From NCBI RefSeq assembly GCF_963853765.1, contig NC_088854.1, positions 19,468,001 to 19,532,000 of the forward strand: a DNA stretch of 64,000 bases. Direction: 5' to 3'. Position numbers and translations under genes: made by a program. Numbering within the stretch: the first letter of the stretch is position 1; every line of letters starts with the position of its first letter. This document shows positions 28,901 through 41,820 of the stretch, one piece after another. The stretch comes from Magallana gigas. Its lineage: Eukaryota. The notes below the pieces were generated by a model. The model searched no databases. It was not told where the DNA came from and worked only from the letters and a program-made list of their open reading frames with translations.

Positions 28901-31900
28901 TAATTTTTTATCGAAATGAACCATGGTATCAAATACAAATTTACATTATTTAGAATTAATAAAATTCAAATTATCATAATGAAAAAGTTTGCAATTTTTT
29001 TCCCTTATTGCTATTTTGACCTTTTTGCACTGAAAAAATACTATTTTTATTCATAAACGATTCAACATGCAATTAAATAATTTGAAAGTCTCAAACTTTT
29101 TCTCAAATTATGACAGACTTGTCAAAAGAAACTTATATATACAGAAAATCAAACCAAAAGTATGGGTCTATGATGTAAATTTTGAGATATGGCATGAAAT
29201 AAGCTAATTTTAGGGGTAAATTGGAGTTCACTTTTTCTTTACTTTTATGAAATATCACTTAAACATGCCAATATATGTAGATAGAAATATTGAAATATTG
29301 TTGAAATATGTTCTGTGAAACAATACGAAGATATCCCAATGCATAAACTATCTGAAAATTTGGTCTGCACGGAAAATAAGAAAGCTAAAATTACGGCACT
29401 CTAAAACAACTGAGTTATGAAAAATGTTCATTTTCTTCTTAAAAACCTTCCGCCACAAAATATAGTTCCTTACTACATTCTCTAAATATGGAACTTTTTC
29501 TTAACTATTTTATTCAGTAGAGTTTATTTGGCATTATAAAAAAGGAACTTACAAGTAGAATTCATATATGACACAGAATTTCCAGACTAGAGGTGACACA
29601 AAATGGCTACCCAAAATCAGAGGATCGAACCTCTTTAATATTAACTTTAGTGCATGATGCTAAATGTAAGAGGCAAAACTTGGCTTCAGAACTTTAATAA
29701 CTTTAGTGCATGATGCTTAATGTAAGAGGCAAAACTTCCAAAAAGGTATTTTTCACTCAAACATTAATTCATCATCAAATTAAATCAGAGCTATTAAATG
29801 TTTCATGTTTATATTACTTGATAATTTGAATAGAACAAACTGTACCATACAATTGTTTAATACATTAATAAGTACATATTAAAGATTTAAAAAACAATCT
29901 TAACTAAACAATTGTCATACAATGCAGTAGCTAGGTTTTGCTACAAAAAAGTAAGTTAGCATTCTGTTTGGAAAAACTTGGTTTTAGGCAGATTTTGAAG
30001 AAAAAAAGCTGCAATACTGTCTATTTTTCGAGGATGGGACATGTGGTGGCAACTGGCTTGAACATTAATCTGCTTATCTGAAGAGTTTCTAAATTTTAGT
30101 CCTTTGATTTTCATATTTTTATAGCTATAAAATTGTATATGGCTGTCATTTCATCAGTGCAATAATTGATTTAATTAACCACTATATGTAGATATATGTT
30201 AGTATTAATGATAAAATTTTGCTCCTCAAACCAAATAGATCCACCCCCCCCCCATTTCCTTCAACCATGAAGTCAGACTTACTTGTGGTGTGCCCACATC
30301 TCAATTACCACTTGTGATGTCTGAAAATAAAAATAATCTTTCTTTAATCTATTGACAATTATATTTGTACATGAAACATGAATTCATTTGAAGTGGGGAG
30401 TGTACCTCATTGAATTGAAGTGTCATTTCTTCTTTAGAATAGGGCAAACTGGTTAATGCTATTTTTTGAGGTTGTCCAAGCTTTTCATCAATTGTATAGT
30501 TAGCATCCATTAAAGTCACCTCTGGAAGTGGAGAAAAGAGATAAAGTTTTACAAGAATACAAAACAATCAAAATACACTTTAAAACACAAAGAAACATTT
30601 CTTTCTTTCTCTAATATCTATTCATGTGAGGTTGAAGAATGTGGTATTTTGCCATGTTCAACTGAATGATGAACAAACCGTGATAGGTCACTTAATAGAG
30701 GAAGTTTTAGAGGAATGCGAGGGTAGAGAATTATTAGTATTTTGAAATTGTTTCTGTCACATTGTCTGTTAACTTTAACCTTTTCTTCATTTATATCTCC
30801 AACATAATTCCCATCATTCCTCGATTTTGAATGCCAAATTTTTCTAAGCTTCATTATTCAAATTAATTATTCCAAGATACAGATCATCAATATCCTTAAG
30901 AGCTTGCAATAATGAGAAGTTGATGACAATTCTGACCACGTATCTTCATCTTCTTGTGACAAGAGGTCCATACATATTTGAGTATTAAAGGGAGTTCCTA
31001 CATCGAAACTTTCGATATAGTTTATCTCAACCAGGAAGGCAATGCATAAACAAGAAAAGTGGTCTTAAAAAAAATACTTCCTAGCATTTTTCTAAAAAAA
31101 CAAAGTACTGTAGTACAGATTCTATTTCACCATCTTCCTTATCACTGTAAACATGACATCATTCAAATTTAAAATTAACCACACTTAGAGATACATGTAA
31201 CGGGTACTTTTAAATTACATGTAGGTGAAAAACTGGATCAGTCTATGAGAAAAAAAAACCTTATGTGTTTCTAGTGTAAACTAAAAAACTCTATCCAGAT
31301 GTCCATACATACCTATTTCTGAAGGTATCTTGGGATTGAGGTAAAATTTGAATGTCTCGTTCCACTCTGGGTCTGTGTTGTTGTCAAAAGCATTGGTTCT
31401 CTGGTAACAGTTAGGGGCCCCTTGCACCATCAGGACTACATACGGATCAGGGGTATCCACTGCAACAAATGGGAAAATAAATAATCTCACTAAAGCATTA
31501 TTAAATGATCTCACTGAAACATTATTATATGATCTCACTAAAGCATTATTAAATGATCTCATTGAAGCATTCTCTATAATGGAGCTATAAAAAGCAATTG
31601 ATTCAAAATATCCTCAAAATCTATATACATACTTGTACCTGTATATATGTAAATTATGTATGTCTTTATGTCTTACATGGTTGGTTATTATATTAGATGG
31701 GGGTTTAGTTTTTGTTTATATTAATAATATCTATGCTCATAATTCCAGTTAAACTTCTGTATCCCATGTGCATGTACCTTGAAATTAACTTAGCCAACTA
31801 TAAAATTGTATATTTCATCAAAACAAGTTCCGCATTACAAAAGTACAAGACCTAGTTTGAAATACAGTACCTTTGCAATGAATTGTACAAGAAAAATCAT

Positions 31901-34900
31901 TGGAAATGCCACACTCTATGATCAGCCCATTTTTGATCTTTGAAATAATCAAGAAGAACCAGGATCTTAATGAATTATTTATAACTTAATCTTAAGTCCC
32001 CTCACATCATTGAGCTTATATATAATTGCTTGTAAATCCATCCTGACTAAGATATTTGGATTCTAACAAAAATGTGCTTTCATGCATATGTACAAAAGTT
32101 AGGGTATTTAAATATATAGTTTACAAACAGTGACTTCCTGTATAAAGGCCCAAATCTTCCTATTAACCTTTGTAATTTGTAAGAACTGCTCCTCTTTACT
32201 GTAAGAGATACATTCAAACAACGTCATGGAGAACAAGGGTATTATTCATTAAGTACAGGAAAAACCATTTGGAAATATGTGTTAAGAAATGGGCACTCTA
32301 AGTCATTGTTAAAAGTAAATACTTGTTTGTTCTTTTACCAATCCCTCAATTTATTTAAGGTCCAGTGTATGAAAATTGTTTTTTTTTATCAGCTTAATCT
32401 GACCCACTGGTAAAATTATCCTATGAATTTGTTGTAGCTCATGCATGTATTTCATAATACACATACACATGTCTTTGTAATAGCCTTTTGTGATCTGGAT
32501 TCCACGCACCACTCGGACATACAGAACGGCACAGGGGTCATGGGTCACCTGCAAAAGAATTGTCTCAAAATTTCAAAATTGACATATAGGGAAGCCCATT
32601 TAATATATACTGTAGATTCCTAATTAAACACAAAGAATAAATATCCATGTAAAATTGTGAGAAGAATGTCTCCCATATATTTTAAAATCTCGATTTTATT
32701 TTTCGGACAAATGTAAACTAGATGAAACTAAAAATTTGGTGTTCGCTATTTTATACTCTCACGATCTGATGCAAAACAGTTGAATCATGGAAATGAGTAT
32801 TGAAATAATGAATCTAAAGAAATTCTAATATGTCTATTGTCCATGATTATATGTACCCAGTATTTTACAAAAAATTGAAGGAAAATGTCATAAAATGACC
32901 ACGGGTCATAAAATAGTTCCAGTGAGTACTTGTTTACATTGATCTTCAATAATATCACATACAAGAATCTCTTTTCGAATACCCTATTATTTGTATATCA
33001 AATTTTAAAGGTGCCTATTTGTAATTAAATGCTGGATAGAGCAATGTTAATAAATAGAGTACATGTATAATATATGTACAGTGATAAATAATAAAAACAT
33101 GGGATGTGACAGAGGAAGAAGCTTCCTTGATCATAGATACTTAAAATACTAAACATGCTTGGTAGTACATGCTATTGTCACTTAATATATGGAATAAGAA
33201 TTAAAAACTCTCACATTGAAGCTGATCAAATCAATGGATGTTCTAAATTTACACCTGAAATTTCAAATCTGTGACTCATTTTTAAAAATCACCCCATATG
33301 TGCTAAATATGACACCATGTGCTAGTCATATGTTCAGACATTTAAAAGCTTTTTTTTGTCTTGATTCTCGATGAATGAAAATTTGTTACAAGATCATAAT
33401 GCCGGTATTTCATTCATAGAATTACCATATCTGAGAGAGGAAGGGCAAACTAAAAAATGTACTATATTTTGACTTTCCAGTCAAGATTCATTTTGTAAAA
33501 TATCATTTTTTGAGTCATAACATTGTTTTAAAACACATGAAATTAAGTTTACAATTGTATACTCAATCAGCATTTGTGAATCAAAATGTCCAGGGATCGA
33601 AAATCTTAAAAGTTTAGTGTTGAGTATAACATGTATTTTATGAGTTTTAACAATTTTCAATGTGTATAAGAATTTTTGAAATGACACATATGTTTGATAG
33701 TAAACTTCATTTTTTCCCAATAATATATACAATATAATTTTCTCCTACACTTGAAGTGAGTGCAGCTACCTTAGTAAAATGCTTATTAAACACTAGCTTA
33801 CCTGGAATACCTGAAATGGGTCGAAACTGAAATAAAAATTGAACAATCATTAACATTTAAACAAAACTAAACAGTCGGTATATAATCATAAAGAAAGAGG
33901 CATATTAGCAGTGATAAGTATTAGACATTTGAGCTTTTCAGAGCTAGCTGGCCTATGTGGATTTAATTGTACAATGTCTGACTTAAGCATGCATACTATT
34001 CCCCCACCCCCTCCAAATTAATCCTGCAATCAACAATCCAGATAGGAAAGTGATATAGTGGATTTTTTTTAGATTGTTGCTAGTGACAATATGCTCTTAC
34101 CTTACTTATTGATACCATAGACAATGATGTCTAGACAACTTCAGGTTTATTATTTTCTTGCCGAATAGGGTAAAAATGTGGCTCATGCATTGGTGGCAAC
34201 AGCATGTGCCACAAACATTTGTTACTAAGAACATTGTTTTGAAGTATTAAGGTGTCATGAAGAGAGAGTTGAGCAAACAAAATATATGATTTTTCTTGTA
34301 AAACCTTATTTGATTGGCAGAACAATTTTATCTACCGGTAAATCATACATCAACATAACTGGCCTATGCTCCGCCAATAGGATGCCTGAGCAAAATGTTA
34401 TCATCAACTTGGTTTTACAGTGAAACTCAGTTTTAGCAAAATCTTAGAGAGCAATGGATTTGGTTTGCTATATCTTTAGTTCTGTTAATTAGAGCATACA
34501 TATTTGTTATAATAAGTAGGTATAGGGAATTTGTTATATAATATACACATATTTTCTTCCACAACACTACAATTTTTACATCTCGGGGCATGAAATTGAA
34601 ATAAATATACATTCGTTATTTCAAAACCTTAAAGAATCAGATTGTAAATAAAAGGATTTTTGTTGAAATCAATTCATTCAAACTATTATGCAATTGATAA
34701 TGCTAATGCTAACTTTTAACACTTTAAAGATATTCAATGTAATAGCTTTACATTTCATTTCTTTTAACTTTTAGAGACTCAGAATTGAAAATCACTTTGT
34801 TCTAGTTGTTATATCCAAATTCTTTACAACCATCAAATTCTGCATGAATTTGCAAAAAATGTTGCCAGGGACTCCATAAGAATTTGCTACATCAAGGTTT

Positions 34901-35638
34901 CACTTTAACCGTGTTTGTACTAAACAAGTTTTAATGTACATTTAGTTTTTGTACAAATTAAATATTTAACTTAAAAAGATAGTAAGTCCCTTTCTAAAAT
35001 TAGTTGTAAAAAATTGAACCATAAGAAATGGATTTAATACTGTCTACCTAATGTTATTTGACCGAAACATAATTTTAGGCAGTTTATGCTTCTTTATAAA
35101 CCCACAAGTAGAAGTGATATTCATTGTTAGAAAAGACTTTTGGCACAGATTCCTGTAAACTTAATACGTAATGTTTCAGTCAGATACTGATGTTGACTTA
35201 ACGAATCCTTTCCTTACAGATGATAAATATGTATAATTAAATCTAACTTCACAGAAACATAATGTCAATATGTACCATATTTATGACAATTGATTATGAT
35301 GGCCAACACTCAGAAGATAAGTTATTGCATGAAGAGTGTTTTACAAATTGTTTTCGAAATATTTAAATACATAAATGAGAAGCATATAACAATTTTGTTC
35401 TAGATTTTATAAACTTTATGGACAAGCTTTTTTATACTTGTATGCTTTTAAAGTCCAGGATTTATGTCTAGAACACTTTCTTTTTTAAATCTTAATTGAC
35501 ACTCAATCATTTATTAACAAATTTAAAAACCCTACAGAAATTCTACTTATAAACCAGCTATGTATAATATAAATAATATGACAAATATAGATCATTCTTG
35601 ATGAAACTAGGTCATAATACTTACTCGTTGTTGTTCAT
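18969..35638 (-). CDS. PLA2G4A: Cytosolic phospholipase A2, group IVA-like (C2 domain plus lysophospholipase catalytic domain), 773 aa, 16 coding exons
   Basis: Minus-strand coding exons 35638-35625, 33826-33802, 32548-32467, 31459-31313, 30521-30406, 30320-30283, 27363-27231, 26896-26760, 26494-26272, 26091-25977, 24777-24640, 22925-22812, 21629-21285, 20522-20344, 19776-19590 and 19297-18969 join in frame (2322 nt). N-terminus [18 protein letters not shown]. Ca2+ ligands in DMLDTPDPY, FDNNTDP and MDANY. Catalytic motifs GSGGGFRA (Arg200), GLSGS (Ser228) and VVDGGL (Asp549). MAPK-site motif YPFSP. C-terminal [21 protein letters not shown]. The two 5'-most exons are less certain than the rest. 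Confidence 0.95.
20558..20778. mobile_element. TA-flanked MITE (CTGTA..TACAG-type termini), family B
   Basis: TA|CTGTAAATTCCTAATT ... AATAAGGAATCTGCAG|TA. Related degenerate copies at about 14800-15035 and 32608-32820 share TTTTAAAATCTC(A/G) and CAGTTGAATCA-like blocks. Confidence 0.65.
21885..22265. mobile_element. Probable Helitron/Helentron-derived non-autonomous repeat
   Basis: Begins ACTAGACTTTGACCCGTGTGTGCACGGG (subterminal hairpin CCCGTG..CACGGG), an end type recalled from bivalve Helitron-like repeats. Right boundary approximate. Confidence 0.4.
23482..24047. mobile_element. TIR element
   Basis: AACTATATATGATAT at 23482 is mirrored by ATATCATATATAGTT ending at 24047. Confidence 0.6.
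24282..24467. mobile_element. Tc1/mariner-type MITE, family A
   Basis: TA|CAGTAAAACATGC ... GTGTTTTACTG|TA, similar to 18190-18367. Confidence 0.7.
24831..25926 (+). mobile_element. Helentron-associated interspersed element (HINE) carrying about 3 degenerate Cg170-like satellite monomers
   Basis: 5' AACAAGAGGCCCATGGGCCACATTGCTCACCTGAG. Central repeats of about 165 bp (TTTGAxxAAAxTTGAATCTACAC...CAAGTTTCAGCTTTTCTGGC...GAAGATTTTT) at about 25240-25690. 3' GACGGA motif followed by the hairpin AGCTCACTTGAGCTTTCAGCTCAGGCGAGCTAAAAA. This architecture is recalled from Crassostrea HINEs. Confidence 0.8.
27562..27660 (+). mobile_element. Truncated tRNA-derived SINE
   Basis: A-box-like TGGCTCAGTGG and B-box-like GGTTCCAATCC, followed by CACTTGATGTTGTGTG..CAAGGTACT, which is shared with 52130-52385. 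Confidence 0.5.
28709..29634. mobile_element. Kolobok-like element (TTAA TSD)
   Basis: TTAA|GGACGTTGGATCCT ... AGGATCGAACCTCT|TTAA, an 11/14 TIR match. Confidence 0.6.
31481..31571. repeat. 24-bp minisatellite, about 3.8 copies, in a cPLA2 intron
   Basis: Unit ATGATCTCACTAAAGCATTATTAA at 31481, 31505, 31529 and 31553 (partial). Confidence 0.9.
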
Positions 35639-38600
35639 CTCTGAGTTTGGTAATAAATGGGAGATCCTCACCGGTGGAGTAAGTCGTAGGTCTACAAAAT
35701 AATAAAATGATTTTACAAGCCTTGTTTGTACCCAGTTTGTTATTTAAAGTTGGTATAGCAGCAAATAATAAATATTTCACAAGTATTTCAAGCATGCTGT
35801 CATTTCTTTCATGATACTGATCAAAACATAAATACCCACTGAAGTTCATAAAAAAAAACCTTTCTGCTCGAGTAAACAATTGACAGATCACAAAAAATAT
35901 GAATAAAGAAGAATTGTCTTTTGTCCTCTGAAACAACGAAATCACACACAAAGATTGGTTATACTTAGATCAACTTTGGTTCGAGTACTGACGTCTATAA
36001 ACTTGTGTTATTTGTTATACAACAACACATGAAAGCTATAAACAATCCTTATAAAGAAAATTTCCTTACCCTTTCACACTCAATTTCTTCAAATGAAATG
36101 CAAAGTTAAAGACATTTCATCATATTGATCTCTGACTGATCAGACAGCTAGGGGATCTGCATGTCATTATATATAAATAAATATTCAAGAAGTCTTTTTT
36201 CTACCATATATATTCACCTGTGTTTAATCGACTTCACACCCGACAAGCCTCACCATGAAATACTAGCAAGTCAATTACAGTTGGAATTTCCAATTTGGAT
36301 GTAAAAACTAGATCTAAATGTGGATACATCAAAGGCATTGTACAGTATTTGTTTGACAAATACTCCTCATCTGAATATTTCATCAAAATTAATTCTTGAA
36401 TACCAATATACTCTCTTTAAACGATAGAAATAATTTGACAAAGTAAACATTTATCACCGAAAACTAGTTCATTGAAACTTTTTGCATGATCTTATTTCAA
36501 CATTCAAGACTGTGTAAAGTTAACAAAAATTTATAAAAGCAGACTCACTGTTTGTGGACAAAAAGCAATGCAGGCTTATTCTCACTATTTATATAAATGT
36601 TAATCTTTGATATTGAGACATAAAATGTATAATTTAGCTGTTACTAGAATTTGACAGGCAGGTTACGTAGTCCACCTAATCCTCAATTGACCTTGCTATT
36701 AAGCTTAATAATTATAATGAAAATTAAAAATACTTTCTATAGTTAGAATTCAAAGAATGAAGTTATAAATGTTACACTCACATTTTTATATCCGTGCAGT
36801 TTGCAACGTACCATCTATACATACATATTCCTAGCTTGTTGAAATAGAAAAACAATCCTGCTGAATGATAGGATATAAGGAAGTTATTCCATTAAGTTCT
36901 TTAACGCTTCTTATAAACAGGAAACATCCCCTTTCCAGATTAGTATTTCGTAAAAAATCAGATAAGTACACCGGAACTACCGGAACTGCCAGAGTCAGTA
37001 CTTTTAAGAATGAATTCCTTTAGCGAGGGCGATGGATTAACACACAGATGTCCCAATACACATCTACAGATCTCTGAATTAAACTTGCAGTAATCTATCT
37101 TCCATGCTTTTACATTATACAATACAACCTTAGGGCTGCATGAGGACTTTCTCCAACTTGACTCAGTCAGTCACAAACTGAATCTGATAACTTCAGCTTT
37201 TCAGGCATAGGCGGGGAATTGAAATTTAAAAGATATACTGAGTATAATTATTCATTTTGTTGTTCAACCCCTATGGCATGCAAAAAATAAATGACTGATC
37301 TATACACATCAAAACATAAAAAGCTTGAATAAATTTAATTCCATGGTCCATATTGGTTACATTAAATTCAACAGTTTGCCTGATAATAATTTACACATTT
37401 TTTGAAAACAGAGGTTTAGAAAAATGGTGTGTAAGATTGACTAATGAAAAAATTATATGTCTTGAAAAGAGAGAGAGATCAAGATCTTCTTTCAAGCAAA
37501 AAGGTAACACCCCCCCCCCCCCAAAAAAAGAAGGATCTAGACATTCAAGAAAATACTGTAATAATAACACATATTGGTATATGTAAACATCAAAGGTGTA
37601 ACCTAATGCTCAAAAGGTAAAAAGGTTATTTAAGTTAGGGAACAATAGGGTTTCTTTTAATAAAATACAGTTTTTCTAAAGAGTCTGGTAATTGTTTAAG
37701 CCCAATTTGCATTTTTTAAAAACTTGCTACATATATACTTTGCCTGGAAAATGTATGTGTTCACATTTATCTCTTTTGGTTTTATTAATAAAATTTCAAT
37801 CATTATGAATGATATGTACAACCTTTTATAATATCGTGCTCAATATTGAACATATTTTTGTGTTGTCAATGATACCATGAAAGAGGGGGTGTTATATGTC
37901 TTGAAGAACTTGTGCTGAATCCTTTTGTTCATAATCAACATCTAAACTATAACATCAAGATTTGTTTATCCAAACCAATAGGTAAAACAAAGGCTCCATT
38001 ATTTTAATTTATATACTACAGAACCGTTTATCTAGACTAAATTCAGGTTGCAAATAATGTATTTATCATTGAAAAAAAAAAGTTTTGTAACTTGATAACT
38101 TTTACTGTAAAAAGAATGTAATTTAAAAATAAACGTTTATTCTTACAAATATTTAAAACATTCAGTCTCCAATTAGTGTTGGTGATATTTCTAAACAGGT
38201 CAGGATATCCGCATAATATATACATCAACTTCCATGAAGCCAAAATGCTTTGGCCGAGGAAGATATTAAGAGTTATTTTAATGTTAATATATTTTCCTTG
38301 AAAATTAGAAGCTTTATGTTGAAATGTACACATAAGCTTATCAACAATACCATTACTGTCATCAAATCATCTGAAGCAATAATTGATTTGTTTAAAAGGC
38401 GTATAAAATCCATCAAAACTGAAAGTGTCATGCCCCATGTCCCACTTCCACAAAAGATGTGTATCAAACTCTCTGACCACTGTAGTGGTCAATAAAGAAA
38501 GACCTGAACATTATTTCTTCACCCTTTGGGCATCATTAAAATAGGGGCCATCTGAATAATTCATTTCATCCCACAGTAATACATGTATAATATATGGATA

Positions 38601-41429
38601 ATATGAGAGAGATACATGCATTTACATTATACAATTCACTTTATCCTATCTTGAATAAACCAGCAGATTTCTGTTAAGATTGACTATTCATTGTATGTAG
38701 ATCTGAAGAGGAAACTTGCAAGTAAGTTTAAATTTATTCAATTTTTGTTGTTAAAATAACATTTAATACCATCTCTTGATACAAAGTTTACAGAGTATAG
38801 ACTTCGGTTTAACGGAAAGTTTAAATCAATGTTTTTACAGTGATTGGTTAGCAGATAGATAGGAGACACTTAATTAAAAGCTGTTGTGTCGACTTGTCGT
38901 TATCTTTTCTCAAATGTAAGATCAAATGATTAGGAATTTGTTTCCCCTGAAAACAACAGTAAATACATACCATTTATATAGACATGTACATGTTACAAAA
39001 GCTGTCCTATGGCTTGTTGAATTTTACTCCCAGATTTTCTTAGCACATGGTACAGGCATATATAAATTTAAATGCTTCCCTATTTAAACATTTGCTAACA
39101 AATACTATTTATTTAGCTTTTAATCTTCAGTAACAATACTTTGTTACCAAAAGGCTTGTTATAATCCAATTGACACTCCATTGCTATAGTACACATCTGA
39201 ATTTCGCAACAGCTATAGTCCAGCTGGTGATTTCCAATCCAATCCAATTATAAAACTGATTAAAATCTACCTTGCTACTGGGTAAAGTCTTCACTCAAAC
39301 AATCAACTTGTTCAAGGTAAGTACCCCATTTTACCATTTACAAATAAACCTCATTTCTCTACTCCACAATCTTATGAAGAAATATTATCAGTCATTCCGA
39401 ACTTATATCTACTAAATGGTTTTAAGAGAAAGTAATGCATGTATGTATGTCCATGCTTCATGCATAAATACGACATTGACCATTGATACAAGTTCTTCAA
39501 ACGTTAATGCAACAATGAAAACTTAAAAGAAAAGGAGCCTGCCCTCAGTTGTATTTTTCAAAAAGCATTCTTAGAGCAAAAGCAGTATAATTAAAATTTG
39601 TTACAATGGTATATGTATAAGGGCTTGTGTATTTATCAAGATAAAGTAACGGGTATTATAAATTGCTTTTCTCTTAAGTTGCACTGAATTAAAACAGCTG
39701 AGAGAGAGAGAGAGAGGCTTTAATTCTGCTCTAATTTTCTGAGATGCATGTTTAAGAATCAAAATCATTCCATACTGATACCAAATAATTCCAATACAAA
39801 AGTAATAGAAAAAATCAGTAAATAAATATTGTTCTAACTTGTTTAAAAAAAATCATTCCACAAAGCAGTATCAACATCAAGAAAGACAATTCAAATACAA
39901 AAGAGATGGAAAAAAAATTGGTATTGGGAGTAATATTTGAAGAGTTTTGCCCCTTTAACTCATCACATCACAATTATACAATTACCTTGTGCTGACTTCT
40001 CCTAACTTCAATTTTAGACCTGGCTGCAAAAAACAGAACAACTAGCCATGATCCTCACTTTCTTTTTAATATCCAGAGTTTGAGACAAAATAACACCTTC
40101 AGATCTTAATTAAAACCTGAAACAGAGACGGAGAGAGGTATTTCAATATCAATATCTGTGGTTTGTACTGATTAGAATGTTGATATTTCCTTTTCTTGCA
40201 ATTAAACAGTGGGAGTGTCCTCAGGTTACTTCAACATGTATTTGGTAAAAGTCAACATCCTCTCATCTTAAACAAAAGCTAAATTTTATTGCCAGATGAG
40301 ACAATTGTCCCAATTCCTCTCCAAACATGTGTTGGAATTCTTGACAAATAAGAGATTTTTTTACCTTTTTTCTTCTTAAACAGTCAAAATCTGACCTCAG
40401 GGCATGTTATAGTGTTCTAAATAAAAATCTTTACAATTAATAACAATCTAATTGCAATTCCACCTGTTAAAAGGTAAGGATGGAATTTCTAGTCTACATT
40501 CATGCATTGTACAGTAATTATTATAACAAAGCCTGTAAATCTAATTATACCACACAATGACAATTGGTATCACTGTCTCGGACTCTAAAGATTTAAGCAA
40601 ACAAAGCTAAAATTCTCAGGATTTTTTTTTTTTTTTGGGGGGGGGGGGATTAATGGAGAGGGGAGAGGACAAGAAACTACTTCCTAGTATATATTTAAGG
40701 TTGTACCTGTGTATATGGTTAGGAAAGAAGATTAAGGTAAGGATACAAGGTTTTTAAAGTTAAATTCGGTTAATATTATATAATAGTATATAAAAAGGCA
40801 CATTTTGTTGACGAGTGCACCACTGGTATTGATTTTAGGGTGCTTATCAACAAGTTACAACTTACCTTGAAAGAGTTTTTGAAATTTTTTTTGAATGTAG
40901 ACCATGGGATACACTGTTCTTTAATCTGGTAAGAAAAGGAATTCCATTTTAACTTTTTTGTAAAAAATCTAATTCTATCATCTGTAATTTTAAAAAATGA
41001 AAGTAATATGGCTGTAATGCAAGTCAAAAAGTTATCCATCCCTCTATGACCAATTTCTTCCCCCATGCCAGGACAGGATAAATAAACATATGTATATATA
41101 TCTAGAACCTGTGTCTTAGATGATAAAACTCTAGCTCAGCTAGAAACAAGAATGCATTGCATAATTTAACCATATTGTCTTTGTCTTTCTTATCCTTCTA
41201 TAGAATAGACCTATGCAGACTGACCCCTCCCTCTCCCCATTCATCTCATCTTCTCCTTGCACAGCTCTACGTCTGCTAATATTTAAACTACCTGGTGAAA
41301 TATATTAAAGCAGATCACAATGCACCTTAAACAAATACACAGGTAGACTGGATTTGGACATTTTATGTTTATAAATGGCATATGATATATATTTAACTGC
41401 TTGTGGAAACCCAGTTTAATTTTGTTAAA

Positions 41430-41820
41430 ATTTAGTAGCTGAGGAGTATACCATACCCCATGCAACAAGTTGAGGGGGTATAATGTTTTAGACCCATCTG
41501 TCAATCAGTCTTTTGGTCAGTCCATCAGTCCTAATCATTTCAATAAGCGCAACTCCTATTAACTGCTCATAAAAATTTGCAGGTAATAAGGACATAATGT
41601 GTTTATTGCATATTTGCAGGATTTTTCTATTTCTTTAATTTTCCAAAAATTTTGATCCTAAGATTTAGTCTCAGAACTTTGTCAGTGCAACTCCTCTTCA
41701 ACCGCTGCAAGGAATTTCATGAAACCTTGTAGGTACTGAGCACAAAAGGTATAAATGGGCATATTTGCAGGAAACTCTCGATTCCATTATTTTTCGGGAC
41801 AGAAATATGAAAATTAAGAC
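41430..41820. mobile_element. Degenerate HINE remnant
   Basis: CAACAAGTTGAGGGGGTATAATGTTTTAGACCC followed by (GTCA)n-like microsatellite and two related subrepeats (GCAACTCCT..AACxGCT..GCATATTTGCAGGA). Boundaries approximate. Confidence 0.45.

Noticed and set aside
34101-34118. Possible alternative cPLA2 start exon (MVSISK, donor AAG|GTAAGA)
   Set aside because: It is phase-compatible, but the FDPFQ microexon path matches the conserved N-terminus and this one has no homology support.
1-35638. UBR4 next to a phospholipase A2 gene, recalling human UBR4 near the 1p36 PLA2G2/PLA2G5 cluster
   Set aside because: The 1p36 genes are secreted PLA2s, unrelated to cPLA2, so this is coincidence rather than synteny.
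36549-36595. Minus-strand TATA plus GTGAGT donor as an alternative cPLA2 promoter
   Set aside because: It would give an exon of only about 15 nt, and the TATA lies in a palindromic AT run. Kept only as a weak alternative.
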